Of a stretch of 64,000 nt of DNA, positions 14,601 to 27,746 are shown piece by piece. Every line of letters begins with the position of its first letter. Positions within the stretch are counted from its first letter, which is position 1. The position numbers and the translations under genes were made by a program. The DNA lies in the NCBI GenBank assembly GCA_903813345.2, contig CAIIXF020000001.1, positions 45,632,001 through 45,696,000 of the forward strand. Reading direction: 5' to 3'. The notes below the pieces were generated by a model that was not told where the DNA came from, searched no databases, and was given only the letters and a program-made list of their open reading frames with translations. Source of the stretch: Owenia fusiformis. Lineage: Eukaryota.

Positions 14601-15322
14601 AACGTGATATAACGATATCACAATGTCATACGGCATTACAATGTCATAATAACATAGAGGTGTCGGCTAGACAGCTCTTGTACATATGTGCAAACAATAA
14701 ATTGTAATCATACAAGCTATATTTAACAAATAAATGAACAAAACAAGTTATCGACAGTCAATATAAAATAATATACCATGTTTATTCAAAACTTTAGAGT
14801 AAAACGGCAAACGATATTTTAATATTTCAGTGACTAGATATATAGTATAATGTCAAAATAACATTGGAAATAAATTAATGATAATATTTATTTCTAACTA
14901 GGATCTCTTAACTGTTTATTTTTCTTGTGTACTAATATTTGTCATAAGTAATACATAACTACATGGACATTGTGCCTGTTATGTTGAGGTCGATTCCATA
15001 GAATAACATTCATATTACACAATGGATGGCCTGGGAACTGAGACATAGGTGCAAAGAATGGACAATGGAAAGATATCAGATAATTCAACCGGTTTTCATT
15101 TTGTATACAGTATATTGTAGTCACTTGGCGTGGCTTTCAAGATACCACATGTGTAAAGGTAGGTCACTCAACTTGATAACTATCATCAGTTTCGAAGCTG
15201 GTCATGACACTACATTTCTGATTTCTACGGTAGGTCTACCGATCAATCCCAAATATCATCCGTTAGAGATTGTATAACGATGAAGCACTAACTATATTTT
15301 GATGAAATATCTTGTATTTCAG

Positions 15323-17540
15323 GTGTGTGCTAAATTTGCGGGGAATAGAGATTCCCACAATGTATCTCTTTTGCCCAGACAACAAGACAGTTCCAACTGC
15401 AGAACAACATGTTGACATACCCTCGCTTACATTGAAGCCAAGGAAACAATTGATAAGGTCGAGAAAATTTATCGTTAACCCAGATTTAGAACCCAAAGAG
15501 ACTCCGCATTCAAGAAGCATCAGCGCTCCATCGTTGACAATCGTTTTACCACGCGTCACTGAAGAAATTCCTGGAAACGACCATTCATGCGATCGTCTAC
15601 GGAATGAAAGCGATGTTGGATCTCTCAATGTTCCACGGCAGAAAAGTCGCGATATTTGTAAAGGAAAGCCGTTCATCAATACTGAATTTCCGTTTGCAAT
15701 CTACGTGGACAACAATATGAAGAAAGACGAAGTTACAATGAAGCAGAAAGGCGTGCTCCCACAAGTTGATGGTCGTTCGTATCATGGCGACCGAAACGAA
15801 AATAATGCAAATCGAACGATAGAAAAAACAATATCAAATTCAAAGAACGATCTTAGTTCAACAAACCTGCCAACTCTTAGCCAGAGGCAATTTTCATCCA
15901 ATTCTGACAACACTGAAATGCGAAAGAAAAACACAGACATGAGACGTGGTCAATCGTTACCAAACATTGCTTCAGCTTGTGGTGCATTTGAAATTATAGA
16001 CAAAGAGGTTTCACCCCTCCATTCAATTGAATCGTTACCCAAAAGACGACCAACGAAATCAAACGCGAAACAAACTGTCACAAAACACCGAAGAAGTAAA
16101 AGTACAGATCGGACTGCAGAAGCTGTTGCTACAGATCAAGAGACGAAAATCTTAGCCTCCATATTATCAACAAAAAGACAATCTTCAAAACATTCAAAAA
16201 AGAAAGTTAATTTTGAAATTCAACAACACAAATCAGCGAATAAAGCAGATTATAATTGGTTGGATTGGAGCGTTTATAAAACAGAAGGACAGTTGAACAA
16301 TGAGCGAAGTTTATCCCCATCGAGCTTGGCTGCAAGAAAGGGTAGCGCAAGAAATACTACACGTGGTGAATTCAACACTGATTGCGAGTTGTCTTCAGAC
16401 GATTCCAACAGTAAAACATCGGATTCTGAGACTGCTAGTCCCGAGGACAATTCTGAGAAAATGTGTATACGAACTACCAGGTCAATGGACAATTCAAAGA
16501 ATTTCGAAACAAAACAGCCTGCAGTCGATATTATTTCGCAAATTCCGAAAAACACGATTATCGTATCCAAACTGAGAATCTCAAGGTATCTTGATAAAGG
16601 TAATACATTGTCATTAAACAAAAATATCGATGGAGAACTAGCCTCTAATGAAAGTAAAACAATGGAACATAAAAGTCGATCGTACTTGACTGAGCAACGG
16701 CCTTCAGATGTGGCATCTTTGCAAAAATCTATAGATACTGATAACAAAACCAATGATGACCGAATAGGCAATCAACAAACACATTCCGATGTCCTAACCG
16801 GATTTTTTACTTCCCACAAGAAATCCTTGAGACCAAAATACCAATATAATAAAAAGAACAAAGATAACAGTAATAGCAATGCAAGATGTGATGCAACGGG
16901 TGAATCGGAAGATAAACCAACCTTCCCATCGAGTCCAAAATCACACAGCCTTTCGGTTCGTCATGCAATACATGGTCTGCGGAGAACATATACTAAGCTT
17001 GACAAAATAGAAACAAGATTTACCAAAAACAACACTCATGCAAAACAGCATGCTAAGAATAGTGACAAATCAGACCCCAGACGAACAGTGCAATCAAAAA
17101 CTACGAAGACCTCAAAAGTAGATCTTAATTCTGTGTCAAAAGCAAAACAAACGAATCATATAGAAAAGAAATCAAAACAAAACAGTGATCATATACATGA
17201 AAATAAAGATGAAGCCCTTCACCATGATGATGAAGGCGATGTTGCATTCGTAAGAGACGAGGAGCCTACTCTTAAGGAGTACAATCCAGATTTCAATACA
17301 GTTCATGATGACAACAAGCCATCGAGGAAACGTGGAATGTTTGGGTTTGAAGACTATACCAAATTCCAGCATTCTAAATTCGAGAGAGATAATTCTGGTC
17401 TCGCGAGGAAAAATTCAATCCTCGGTAAAGATAATTCTTTTCTTTTGTCAACGATAGGTCCAGTGAGGCTGGATCGTGATGCAGAAACAGTCAATAAACT
17501 AAGGAAAGTCAAAATAGCCGAAGAAGTCTCAAAAACCTAA
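15323..17540 (+). CDS. Large terminal coding exon of an uncharacterised gene; Ser/Lys/Asn/Thr-rich, probably disordered protein
   Basis: 742-codon ORF in AT-rich DNA, far beyond chance length; acceptor cttgtatttcag at 15311-15322 (phase 2); TAA at 17538-17540; no domain recognised. Confidence 0.8.
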
Positions 17541-17676
17541 AAAGCGTGTTGAATTATCAAACTTTCTCGCTATAGTCTAGTGAGTTTATTTTAAGATAGG
17601 TTCCCAGAAAAATGCCATGGGCATTTAAAAAAAAAATCTGATGTCACACATCTGATACCAAAATATATTTCCTATT

Positions 17677-18200
17677 TTTATGTTACCACCAAAAAGTGAC
17701 GACATATCTCCGTTTTTGTGACGGCAGCTTGTGATCGGCGGGTGGCGGTTGGCGTCTGTAACAAATTCATAAAACTTCCAATAACCTAACGAAAACTACT
17801 ATAATCATCTACAAGTTTTCAGAAGTTCGAATCTTACTTTAAAATTAAGATTTGATCTTCAGTGACCTTTTCAAGGTCAAAAAAAGGTATTTTCAACTTG
17901 CTTCAAATTGACCAATATTTTTTCAAAATCATCTAATTTCTAAAGTTCAAATCCGACTATAGATTTGGCCTTCAATGACATTCTCTTAATGACCTTTTCA
18001 AAGTCAAAAAGGGCCTTTTACAACTTGCTTCAAATGGTGTGAGTCATATTTTCGTTAACGTGTCAAGGTTATGATGCTTGTTAGCTCCTATAAGCATAAA
18101 GAACTTCAAAAATAAAAGCTTGAATACCAGATTCCATATTTACTCTTGAAATTTAATTAAAAAGTTGGACGTTTTTTTGTTCTAGTTTTGACCTGTCATC
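17677..18200 (-). mobile_element. Helentron/HINE-like non-autonomous element
   Basis: Terminal hairpin-like end related by reverse complement to 28735-28815 and 32720-32820; internal TGACCTTTTCAA(G/A)GTCAAAA repeats. Confidence 0.5.
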
Positions 18201-21200
18201 GCCACTGGTTTTCTTCCTGTCATCCTCTTAGGTTTTCAATTTTGAAGTTAAAAGTAACATTTGGCAGCAATTTACTGTGTGAGCACAGGATCTTATCATG
18301 GACTGCTTTCGAATGATGTGTGGCTATCAAGAGCAAATCTGACACTAATATCACCCTGTATAGCCCCTGTATGTAGACTCTGATAGCTGGATATGGATAG
18401 ACTTAAAGATGAACAAGATAAATGCTCACCACATATGCTATTTGAAATAATAAATAAAAAATATTTTGCAACACAAGAACAAAATAAATATGTACTTATT
18501 TCGTTATATATATATTGCTAACTTTCATACCAATCCTTATACAGCTTCCTTAACAATCATATACTGATAACAGAAAATAGTCATCCACAAAAATACTGAA
18601 ATATGAAGACAAGTTTAAAATAAAATGAATTTCCAGTTTTCTCAACAAATGATTGTTGAACAAAAAGCAAGTTATAAGAAGCTTCAAATAAATTAAAAAA
18701 TTATTTCCAAAATGCATGTGTTCATGAAGGCCATTAAAGGTAGAATCAGGCTAAAGACCTTACTGTTCTTCAACTGATCATCGGTTGATGCTTTGCACAT
18801 GTCATGTAAAATAAATTCATCATTTGATAAATATCATACATCTGATATTTTAGATCTCAAATTTGGAAAGGTAAAAGACACAGTCTCGGGTGTTCATGGT
18901 GTAATATTTCCATGATTCTAGCTTTAATGTTTTTCCTTTTTAGCATGAAACAAACACCTAATTGATTTATAGATGTCACCTCAATACGATTCCATTAGAC
19001 ACTAGTGACATCTATTGGGCTAACAAAGTAAAATAAAATATTCAGTTCATTCAATGATGTGAGCTCTACCTGAATTCATTTCTGAGTTGGCGATTTCTCT
19101 TCAATGGATGACTATAACCAAACTTTAAAACATCAATACGAAATCTAGCATCAAGGGTAATAACCAGGCCTCACCATACCATGAGCATTTGATCAAACAG
19201 CTGCTAAAATGTTTAGACCCTTGCTGAGCTACAGAGCAAACTCCCAATATCATGAGCTCTGGTTATTTCATGTGATTATTGTAACTTTCTTTCAATAATT
19301 GTCAAATCTCCCTCCCAGCAAATCTTCCTGAGGTTTCATTTAGTACACTTATGTAAAACACATACTTTGATATAGCTAACTAATCACAATACTGAATAGT
19401 GATACTTCCCTATTCCTTCCCCTTCAATCTTCAAAGGTATACAAAACAAAATGGCATAGACAACTGAATACTAGAATAGTATTACAATGTCCTGATTTGG
19501 TGATATCTGATTTCTCTTAACCCTAAGTATTATAAAAGCACGGTGAGTGGATCATGAAATGTTCTATTGTTGAAAACTCGATCAGATGTAATAAACATAT
19601 TTTTAGATCCACAAATATCAAACTAAAAATAAAGCTACTGGTGCATATTTCAATAATACTTGGGACTTATTTGTACTAGTCCATATGCTATAGTTACATT
19701 TCAGGCTCATTCTGATTGGATTGGCTTCACTGATTAAGTAGATATTTTCCCTTCATTTTGAATTACGCTTACAATGACTAATTTTGTGTGACACAACATG
19801 AGGCCATTTATAGTGTAATATATGTTTAATGTCACCTCTTTTCTACTCTTTGACAAATTTTCAGAAAAGAACAATTTTATGTGCCAAAATAATAATTCAA
19901 ATGACAATAGAAAATAAAATTGTGTCCTTTGATCATATTATTTGTGAAGGGAGTTGCCATATTGAAAACTTTTCATGTATCAATCGCTATCATAGTATCT
20001 GTTTTAGTATTTCTATTATTGAGTTGAATTTTGATTTCTTTTCAGCTCCCATCCTCTTTGGACCTTCATCAGGAAGTTAAACTTATAATTAACTTTGAAT
20101 GGCCTAAATTGACACATAATTTTGATATATTATTCTTAAAAAATGTACTAATGAAAACGATGTGAAATGATACATGGGCTAATGGGCTAGTACATCTCAA
20201 GTACCAATTCAAAAAAGATTTGCCTTGTGCTCCAGATTTTCAAATGGGCAAATTATCACCCTAATTTCCCATATACCATAACTTTACCCACATGGGAAGC
20301 CATTTGCCAGACAATGTCTATAGTTAAAACATGATATCGCATATGACAATTTATACAATATATTAAAATAGTCACATGATCTATACAATTTCTACATTAG
20401 ATATCCCAATGAGGGAATGTAACTGTACACTATTTTACAAAGGGGTCAGACCAACCTTATATTTACAAAATTGTCCCAAGGAAGCACATCAGTTTTCTTA
20501 ATTTATGCATATCCAGGTATTTGTCTCTCCTCCTTTAAACAGATGAAATAATGTCACTTTAAAGTCCAGTTTAATACCGAGTCAATATCCAAGATTAGAG
20601 AAAGTTTCACCATCTTTCAGTATTTGGTGCATATTTAACAAAATATGGTAAATTAGAACTTCTTTTACACTTCAGTCAAAATCATGGTTTTCACCAATGT
20701 AAATTATTAAGAGACAGCACCTGTCTCATGCCTTACTAACAGAGAATGGCTTAATGGATATGATATTCAAACTAATAAAAACTGATCATCAATGACAGTA
20801 GAAGATCCTATGTGCAACATTGGGACGTACAATGCTCAACTCAGCTAACCAGCAGAACAACTATTATGACACCAATTACCCTTGTATATTTACAGACAAC
20901 ATTCAAAATATTATGAAGCAGACTAAGCAACAAATACATTTTGTGACAATCAATGCCAACTTGAAACTATTGTATGTGTGTATACACAAATAAAAAGTGT
21001 ACATTAAGTAGTTATAATGAAATATGGCAATCAATTGGGTGCTTTTTATTATGTCATTGAGATCTCCTACTTTTTATTCTGCTAAAGTTCACGGATATTG
21101 AAATAACATACCAGTAAATATTTTAAGTATTAAACTCGTAGCACTCTGGAACCTTTTAGCAGATTTCAACCTTTGGTCTAGTTAAATACACCCAAAAAAC

Positions 21201-21310
21201 AAAGGTCAAACAAAATTTAAAAAATAGAAGTTATGAGAAACTTAAAACGTTTCCCTTCTTTAGCAGAACTACTAGAACATAGCCTTTGTAGTTTGATGTG
21301 AGAGGCATCT

Positions 21311-21797
21311 CACTGGTGATCCACTCGATAACGCTGGTTACCGAAACGGTTCGTTTCGGTAACAAAATGTCGGAACATCAAAGGTACGATTTTTCTTTCT
21401 TCCATATCTCACATGTTGTAGGCAGACATTTTTAACACACACATGTATCAGTATCATATGTTTAAGAAAATGTCGTCGATTTGATTCCTCACTTAAGTTA
21501 CAGAAACGTTTTTTCCAAAAACAGTTAAGATCTGCACTTTTAACCCAAACCGTTTATGTAACTTAGTGATGAATTAAATCAAACATTCTGTTGTCTTCTG
21601 AGCTATTTTTTTCGCAAACATGAACATTTTCTAAAACATATGATACTGATATACGTTTGTGAGAAAAAACGTCGTGGAGATTCTGCCTACAATACATGAA
21701 ATAAGGAAAAAAGAAAAATCGTACCTTCGACGTTCTGACATTTTGTTACTGAAACGAACCGTTTCGGTAACCAGTGTAATCGAGCGGATCACCAGTG
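21311..21797. mobile_element. Palindromic MITE with CAC termini and 5-bp TSD (Transib-like)
   Basis: CATCT|CACTGGTGATCC...GGATCACCAGTG|CATCT; arms pair over ~160 bp. Confidence 0.85.
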
Positions 21798-22333
21798 CAT
21801 CTATCAGCAAAGCAGGATTTTAATAGTGAGACGTTTTTTTTATGGCTAGATGGCCTAAACAGCCCAACATTGTCATCATATGTGCTTTAATATGGGGTCG
21901 ATTATCTATCCCTTCATGATCTGAAGGGCAATCATATCACACACTTCTATGTACAGATACAATGCACTCCCTGTATGTAGATGGTACACTTCTCAAATAA
22001 GGTGCATTATAGGATTCAGATGTCAATTTACCAATGCGTCCATTAGGTTAACTGCAGGAAAGGACACTCATTTAAATATTTTCCATGATATCAAAAACAT
22101 GCATCTTGTCGAGTCGGAAAATATCAGTTGGCCCTCATACTTATTGGATGTAAAAAAAACTAATCGGCTAATGACTCTTTTGCTCCACCCAGCTTTCCTC
22201 TATCAAAGTCCTTTTAGTGGCTTGATTAGAAGAGCTTTTATGCAACACGGATGACATGTAAAAATCCAAATCCAAATAATAAGACAAAGACCTTTATATG
22301 TTTATGAACTGCACAAATCATATAAAGGAAGCA

Positions 22334-22820
22334 GTATCTCATACTTGAGTGGGTTTGGGGTAGATATCACCCGGGAATATATATCATATCTGAGGAGCGG
22401 GCAGTATATATTATATATGTCCCGCTCCAGGGCAAATGCGGGCAGATATAATATATCCATCCCGCTCCCGGGAATTTTTCAAGTTTTAAAAATTTAAAAA
22501 AAATTAACATTTGAAAGTTTAAAATTTGTTAAAAAGTTTAAATGTTACAATTTCATTGTATTGAACTAAAGGAATAGTACGAAAATGTTAAATACAAATT
22601 GTGCTTTTGCAGTATAGGCCTATCTTGTCATTTGAAAAAGGTGGAACCCCAAACCCACTTAAGTATGAGATACACCAGTTATGTACGATCGGTTTTGGAT
22701 ATAGGGTATATCCCTCGGGAAATATTTATATCTCCCCTTGGTCCCTTCGGTCCCTCGGGATGATATAAATATATTCCTCAGGATATAACCTATATCCAAA
22801 ACCTCCCAGTACATAACCCT
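22334..22820. mobile_element. Two adjacent palindromic non-autonomous element segments (unclassified)
   Basis: GTATCTCATACTT.AGTGGGTTTGGGGT inverted at 22334/22673; second hairpin GTTATGTAC..GGTTTTGGATATAGG / CCTATATCCAAAACC..GTACATAAC at 22678-22817; related fragment at ~34830-34900. Confidence 0.65.
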
Positions 22821-23469
22821 TATTTATGCAACATGCATGATGTATATGAGCTTATATATAAAGTCAAGTGTCTGCTGGAAAAGCCAAGTTGAACAATGCT
22901 TACAATATAATAGCCTACATCCGAAATGAAATCTGTGTTCATGGTATATACATTGATGTATTGAAACATAAATTATCTTCATGATTTAAATATTGATAGG
23001 TCAAACGATGTATTATGCTAAGTATGATTTAACACACAATCAAGATCTGCAACATGCAGAATGAAGAACAGCATGGGCAAAGGTAAAATATCAAGTTTTT
23101 TGCTAATTCAACAATGGCTCAAATGAAAGTAGTCTTGCTTCAAAACTGTGGACCCCCTCCCCCCTTATCTACTTCACCACCACAGGGATGTGTGTAGGCG
23201 GGGGATGGGGTTCACAAGGGCTTGTAGCTAGACTTAAAGTAAAGGCTCAAACCAATTTCCTCTTAGCTCAATTTTCTAATTAAACTTATCCAATATCATC
23301 GCACACTCATTGTTGCTTATCTCATACAAAACCAGGCTTTCTACCTTTAAATTGAAATAAGTTGAAAGAATGACATTGAACTAGCCCTTAAAATTAGTTT
23401 TAATGGTTCATGAACACAGTTTCATTCCATGGTATAATTTACAAAAATATTCTAAGACTTTGATTGTTG

Positions 23470-23618
23470 TCACTGCCACAGTTTGTGTAGATGCAGGTTC
23501 CGACTTAAAACTGATCTGATGTCTGAGACGAATCGTAAAGCATCTAACATCGGGAGAAGATTGAGAAGTGCTGTGTCTGTCGGGTCTGAGAACCAAGACT
23601 TGATAGGTATTGCATTAT
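23470..23618 (-). CDS. CTDNEP1: CTDNEP1 last coding exon
   Basis: ttccag|(D)[48 protein letters not shown]; all seven exons phase correctly and sum to 735 nt = 244 aa + stop. Confidence 0.96.
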
Positions 23619-23679
23619 CTGGAAAACAACAGGCATTGCATTGTCTTGAAAACAACAGATATTGCATTGTCTTGAAAAA
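23609..23679. repeat. 26-bp tandem repeat (~2.7 copies) spanning the CTDNEP1 last-exon acceptor
   Basis: tgcatt(a/g)tct(g/t)gaaaa at 23611, 23637, 23663. Confidence 0.85.
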
Positions 23680-24220
23680 AGGTTTCAGACTTTTTCTCAG
23701 ATAAGAGGTTATAACAATATCTGAACAAGGCATTAACATGTGAAATGTCACTACCTGCCATTTGTTACAGAAACCAAAAACTGAACACCAACCGCTGAAT
23801 GCCAATGACCATCCTCAAAAATAGTTGGACACTATCAAAATATGTCACAGCTTCTGGTAATGATATAAGAACAGATGTTGCAAGTATCAGGAAATCTAAA
23901 TTTAAAAAAATCTAAAATCTGTTTCCTATTCTTGTTTTAAGAGGTAATATTTTTGAAGTATGGTCATTACAATTTACATTAATACATTCAAACTGACATT
24001 TATCAAATTATGTCATTTTATGCTGATAATTAGATAGCATGTTTTGGGGTTTTTATTCATAAAAAACATTTGAAAGCAGTAATTTTTTATACACTATGAA
24101 TAAATATAACATGAAACTGAATTACATATACAATATCGCTTCGTAGTACTATAACAATCATTTCAGAATTTTCATATATCAAATTAAACCCATGTTTTTT
24201 TTATGCTAACTTACTCCGAG

Positions 24221-24539
24221 AACACTTACCTGGGTATGCCCTGTAGGCCCCAGGGGAGTTATAAACTATGAAAACACTTACCTGGGTATGCCCTGTAGGC
24301 CCCAGGGGAGTTATAAACTATGAAAACACTTACCTGGGTATGCCCTGTAGGCCCCAGGGGAGTTATAAACTATGAAAACACTTACCTGGGTATGCCCTGT
24401 AGGCCCCAGGGGAGTTATAAACTATGAAAACACTTACCTGGGTATGCCCTGTAGGCCCCAGGGGAGTTATAAACTATGAAAACACTTACCTGGGTATGCC
24501 CTGTAGGCCCCAGGGGAGTTATCAACTATGAAAACACTT
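24221..24539. repeat. 52-bp tandem repeat (6 copies) spanning the CTDNEP1 exon 6 donor
   Basis: aacacttacctgggtatgccctgtaggccccaggggagttat(a/c)aactatgaa at 24221, 24273, 24325, 24377, 24429, 24481. Confidence 0.97.
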
Positions 24540-24601
24540 GACAAATCTGTGCTTATTGCAGACAGGTCTTTAGTGTAGCTACCAAAGTCTAGATTACAAT
24601 G
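24490..24601 (-). CDS. CTDNEP1: CTDNEP1 coding exon 6
   Basis: tttcag|[37 protein letters not shown]|gtaagt; 112 bp; its 3' end is the template of the 52-bp array. Confidence 0.95.
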
Positions 24602-25545
24602 CTGAAACACAAACCAAAACAAGTAAAAAATCAATTCATTAGTTTCTGGAATCTCAAAAATGTTTTAATAGCACATTTTGTATTGTAAAATTCATGAAAT
24701 CCAGGTAGAATTTCAAGCTAAGTATTTTATCTGTCAATGTTGTGATGAGATCAGATCTGATATACAGGCCAGGTGTTCCCCTTCACAAAGGGGTCATACC
24801 AATATTCAATGAAAACACAAGTTTTTTCAAAAACTAAGATAAATTATCAAAAATGTTGATAGAATCGTTCAAAATTCTTCATACATTTTGTCTTTTAGCA
24901 AATCTCACAATTTTAATCAGAAATGCATTTCAAGTTATTTTGAAGATTTAGATTTCAATTGCTTTAATGCTGGGATCACTTGCAATAGAATAGGTTCACG
25001 AGCCTTGTAAAATTTTGTACTGATTTTGAATAGCAATTTTTGTCATAACTCCCTTCAATAATGATGACCTATTTCAAACAAGTTCGATATGATATTCCAC
25101 AAGTTGCTTTGAATAAATTGTTGGAATACAAAATAATTATGAGATAACCCCCAAGTTTCCTGGGAAAAATGTTCCACTCTGAAGGTTAGCTAATACATGC
25201 TGTACAAGCATACTGCCAGCCTATAGATGTTTATTCCTTAGAGCAGATTCCGGATTGCGATTTAAACTGTATTAAGTTAATGTAAAAGAAAATGTTCAGT
25301 AATTTTAATTGTACTTTAAATTAAAAATTTTGAAGTGTGTCAAATGAAATCTCTCTGGCTGTAGTCAGATAATGCATAATATTTGAATCAAAAGTATTTT
25401 TACATGTAGAAGAGAAAAACGATTTTGTAAAAATGCATCAAACAGTGCCAAAAACTTTTTAGGCCAAAAAAGATTTTAGACATACCCACAACCCAGTACA
25501 CTTGGTAGCTTGGATATGTAATATTATAAACACCACTTTACTAAC

Positions 25546-25662
25546 CTGCCTATAATATCTTCTTTTTAAAACACCGGTACCATTGTCTAATTTGTCGGCA
25601 ACTGCTGCACCGTAGATCTCCATACTGGCTGTAAATACTACCAAGTCATACCATTGGGATAC
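25546..25662 (-). CDS. CTDNEP1: CTDNEP1 coding exon 5
   Basis: tgtag|[39 protein letters not shown]|gttag; 117 bp. Confidence 0.96.
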
Positions 25663-26117
25663 CTACAACATGAATTTCAGATTTTTTACAAAAACTATTC
25701 ACACATGACATCCCCACTTCTCCAGATATCTTGTGGGGGATGGGTTGAGCGGCTGAGGGGGAAAGGACTCTAAGCAATACTAAAAATACTGATTTACTTT
25801 CATTTTGATCATACAACTTCTGACAACAACTGAACAAAAAAATATGAAGTTGTATGAATACAGTATTGGCATTGCTACTAAATCAAACATGCTAAATAAT
25901 ATGAATAATATGAAATGAAAAATGAAACTACATCTACATAAATATCAAAATAGGTAAGAGAGTATTGGACACGGGTAAATCATGATGTCATATTGGGTTC
26001 TGAAATTCATTAAAAGTACCTCATTCTATGAAACAAACATCGAATCGATGTCATCCTCATCAGGTATAACTGATTATTTCATTACACAAGAAATTCAAGT
26101 GAAACCCTGAACTTGTG

Positions 26118-27746
26118 GGGGTCAACCCAGTTGTCCGAAAATTAGGGGATATATATCTTATTTGAAAAATACAATTTTTTTAAACGAATCTCCTTGTCGC
26201 AACCTCTGTGAATCACAACATAACATTGGAATAACGTTGACATCATTGCAAAATTAGGCTAAATATGCTAAGTCAAGACGTTAATTCTTTAATGTTTAGC
26301 CTACGAAAGTTCATATACAGGTGATATAGATGTTCAAACAAACAAAGTTAAATTATGTTATTCTCATTGTAAAATGGCGTTTACACAACATACATAGATA
26401 GGGGTCTGCAATTTTTAAACCAATTTTCTTTATGGCCCATGGGCCTTTTTTGAGAGGGAACAACATTTTTCCAATCGGTGATGAGCGTTCATAAAAAGAA
26501 AAATAGCTTTCCCAAGCCAGTGGGCATTTATTTAGTAAAGTTGACATGTACATCTTTTGAAACCAAAACTTATTCTTCATTTACGTACTCTGTTCGAGAA
26601 ATAGAGATTAAATTAAAAGGATGAAGAGAGTACATGGCGAAAATGAAACTTCTTGCGAATGGGAGAACATCCATTTTGATACGAGGACAGCCTGCCTTCG
26701 TTTCTAGTTGATCCTAAGTGATTAAGTTAAGAATGTTTTGTTCTTTTACGATTTGATAAAATACAGAGACTAAGAAATTAAATGCGACGAAATATTTTGA
26801 CAACGTAATATGTATACTGTTTTATTTTTAAAGTACTATATGCGTAAACTTATTTTATCTGTTTCAAAATGATTCATTTTATTTTGCCTAGCCTATATAA
26901 AAGAGATTGAAGAAGATAAGATAAACTGTTCCGTAATATATATTGTGTTTTGATAATCTTTTTTTAGAATCACAATGTAAAATAAATCCCCCGTTCCTGC
27001 CATTCTGGTAACGTGTGCAATGGATGCAATTCAAAGTGAGAGAGAGAGATCTATGAACATCAGAATGCGTCCATGCCATTAATTTGGCCAAATACATTGC
27101 ATGAAACTGGCCTAAGCTTAGTACGTCTCCCCTTTCTCTGGTAAATTATGACTATATTTTTCGGAGTAATGGGTTTCGGACAAGTGGGTTTCGGAGAACT
27201 GGGTTTCGGACAACTGGGTTTCGGAGAACTGGGTTTCGGACAACTGGGGTCAGGCCTGTCAACTGTCCCGCAATTTGCGTATTTGTCACGCATTTGCTGA
27301 AGAATTTGAAGTCACGCCAGTTTTTTTTGCGTGACACAAAATGTCACGCAAATACGCATTTTACCTGGTAATTGTCACGCAAATATGTTTCTGTAAAAAA
27401 ATTTTCAAAATATGTTTATGATACGGTAAAAATACGAACGTCGGAAAAAAACGAACGCAATTTGTTCGGATTTGTCACGCGAATCCTGTATATGTCACGC
27501 ATGTTCATTGGAAATTTTCGTACCTACCCCCCCCCCGTTGACGAAATCGCGAGCGTAGCGAGCGCGAAAAATTTGAGGTTATAAAAGTTTAGCAAAGGTG
27601 CTCAAACTTTGGCCAAAGGTGTTTAAAAGTTGGCCAAAGGTGTTCAAAATTTGGACAAAAGTGTTCAGATTTGGACTTCGGTGTCCAACATTTGTAAGTC
27701 ACTCATATTAGGTGGTCCCAAGTTGACAGCCCTGTGGGGTGCACCC
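26118..27746. mobile_element. MULE-like non-autonomous element in CTDNEP1 intron 4
   Basis: 9-bp TSD GAACTTGTG (26109-17 / 27747-55); TIR GGG..ACCCAGTTGTCCGAAA; subterminal 15-bp array 27160-27250. Confidence 0.8.
27251..27734. mobile_element. hAT-like MITE with 6-bp TSD, inserted in the right TIR of the MULE-like element
   Basis: TGGGGT|CAGGCCTGTCAACT...AGTTGACAGCCCTG|TGGGGT; internal TGTCACGC subterminal repeats. Confidence 0.85.

Noticed and set aside
12638..15375. Faint resemblance of scattered peptides (GNTYQVAF, NNIHIT, RCVLNLRGIEIPTMYLF) to nucleotide cyclase motifs
   Set aside because: Too weak and not in a consistent spliced frame; needs a profile search.
15263..17372. Antisense and alternative-frame ORFs over the 742-aa ORF
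   Set aside because: Shadow ORFs of the real exon.
24221..24539. CRISPR-like regular repeats (also the 108-bp array)
   Set aside because: Units are head-to-tail with no unique spacers, there are no cas genes, and the context is a eukaryotic intron.
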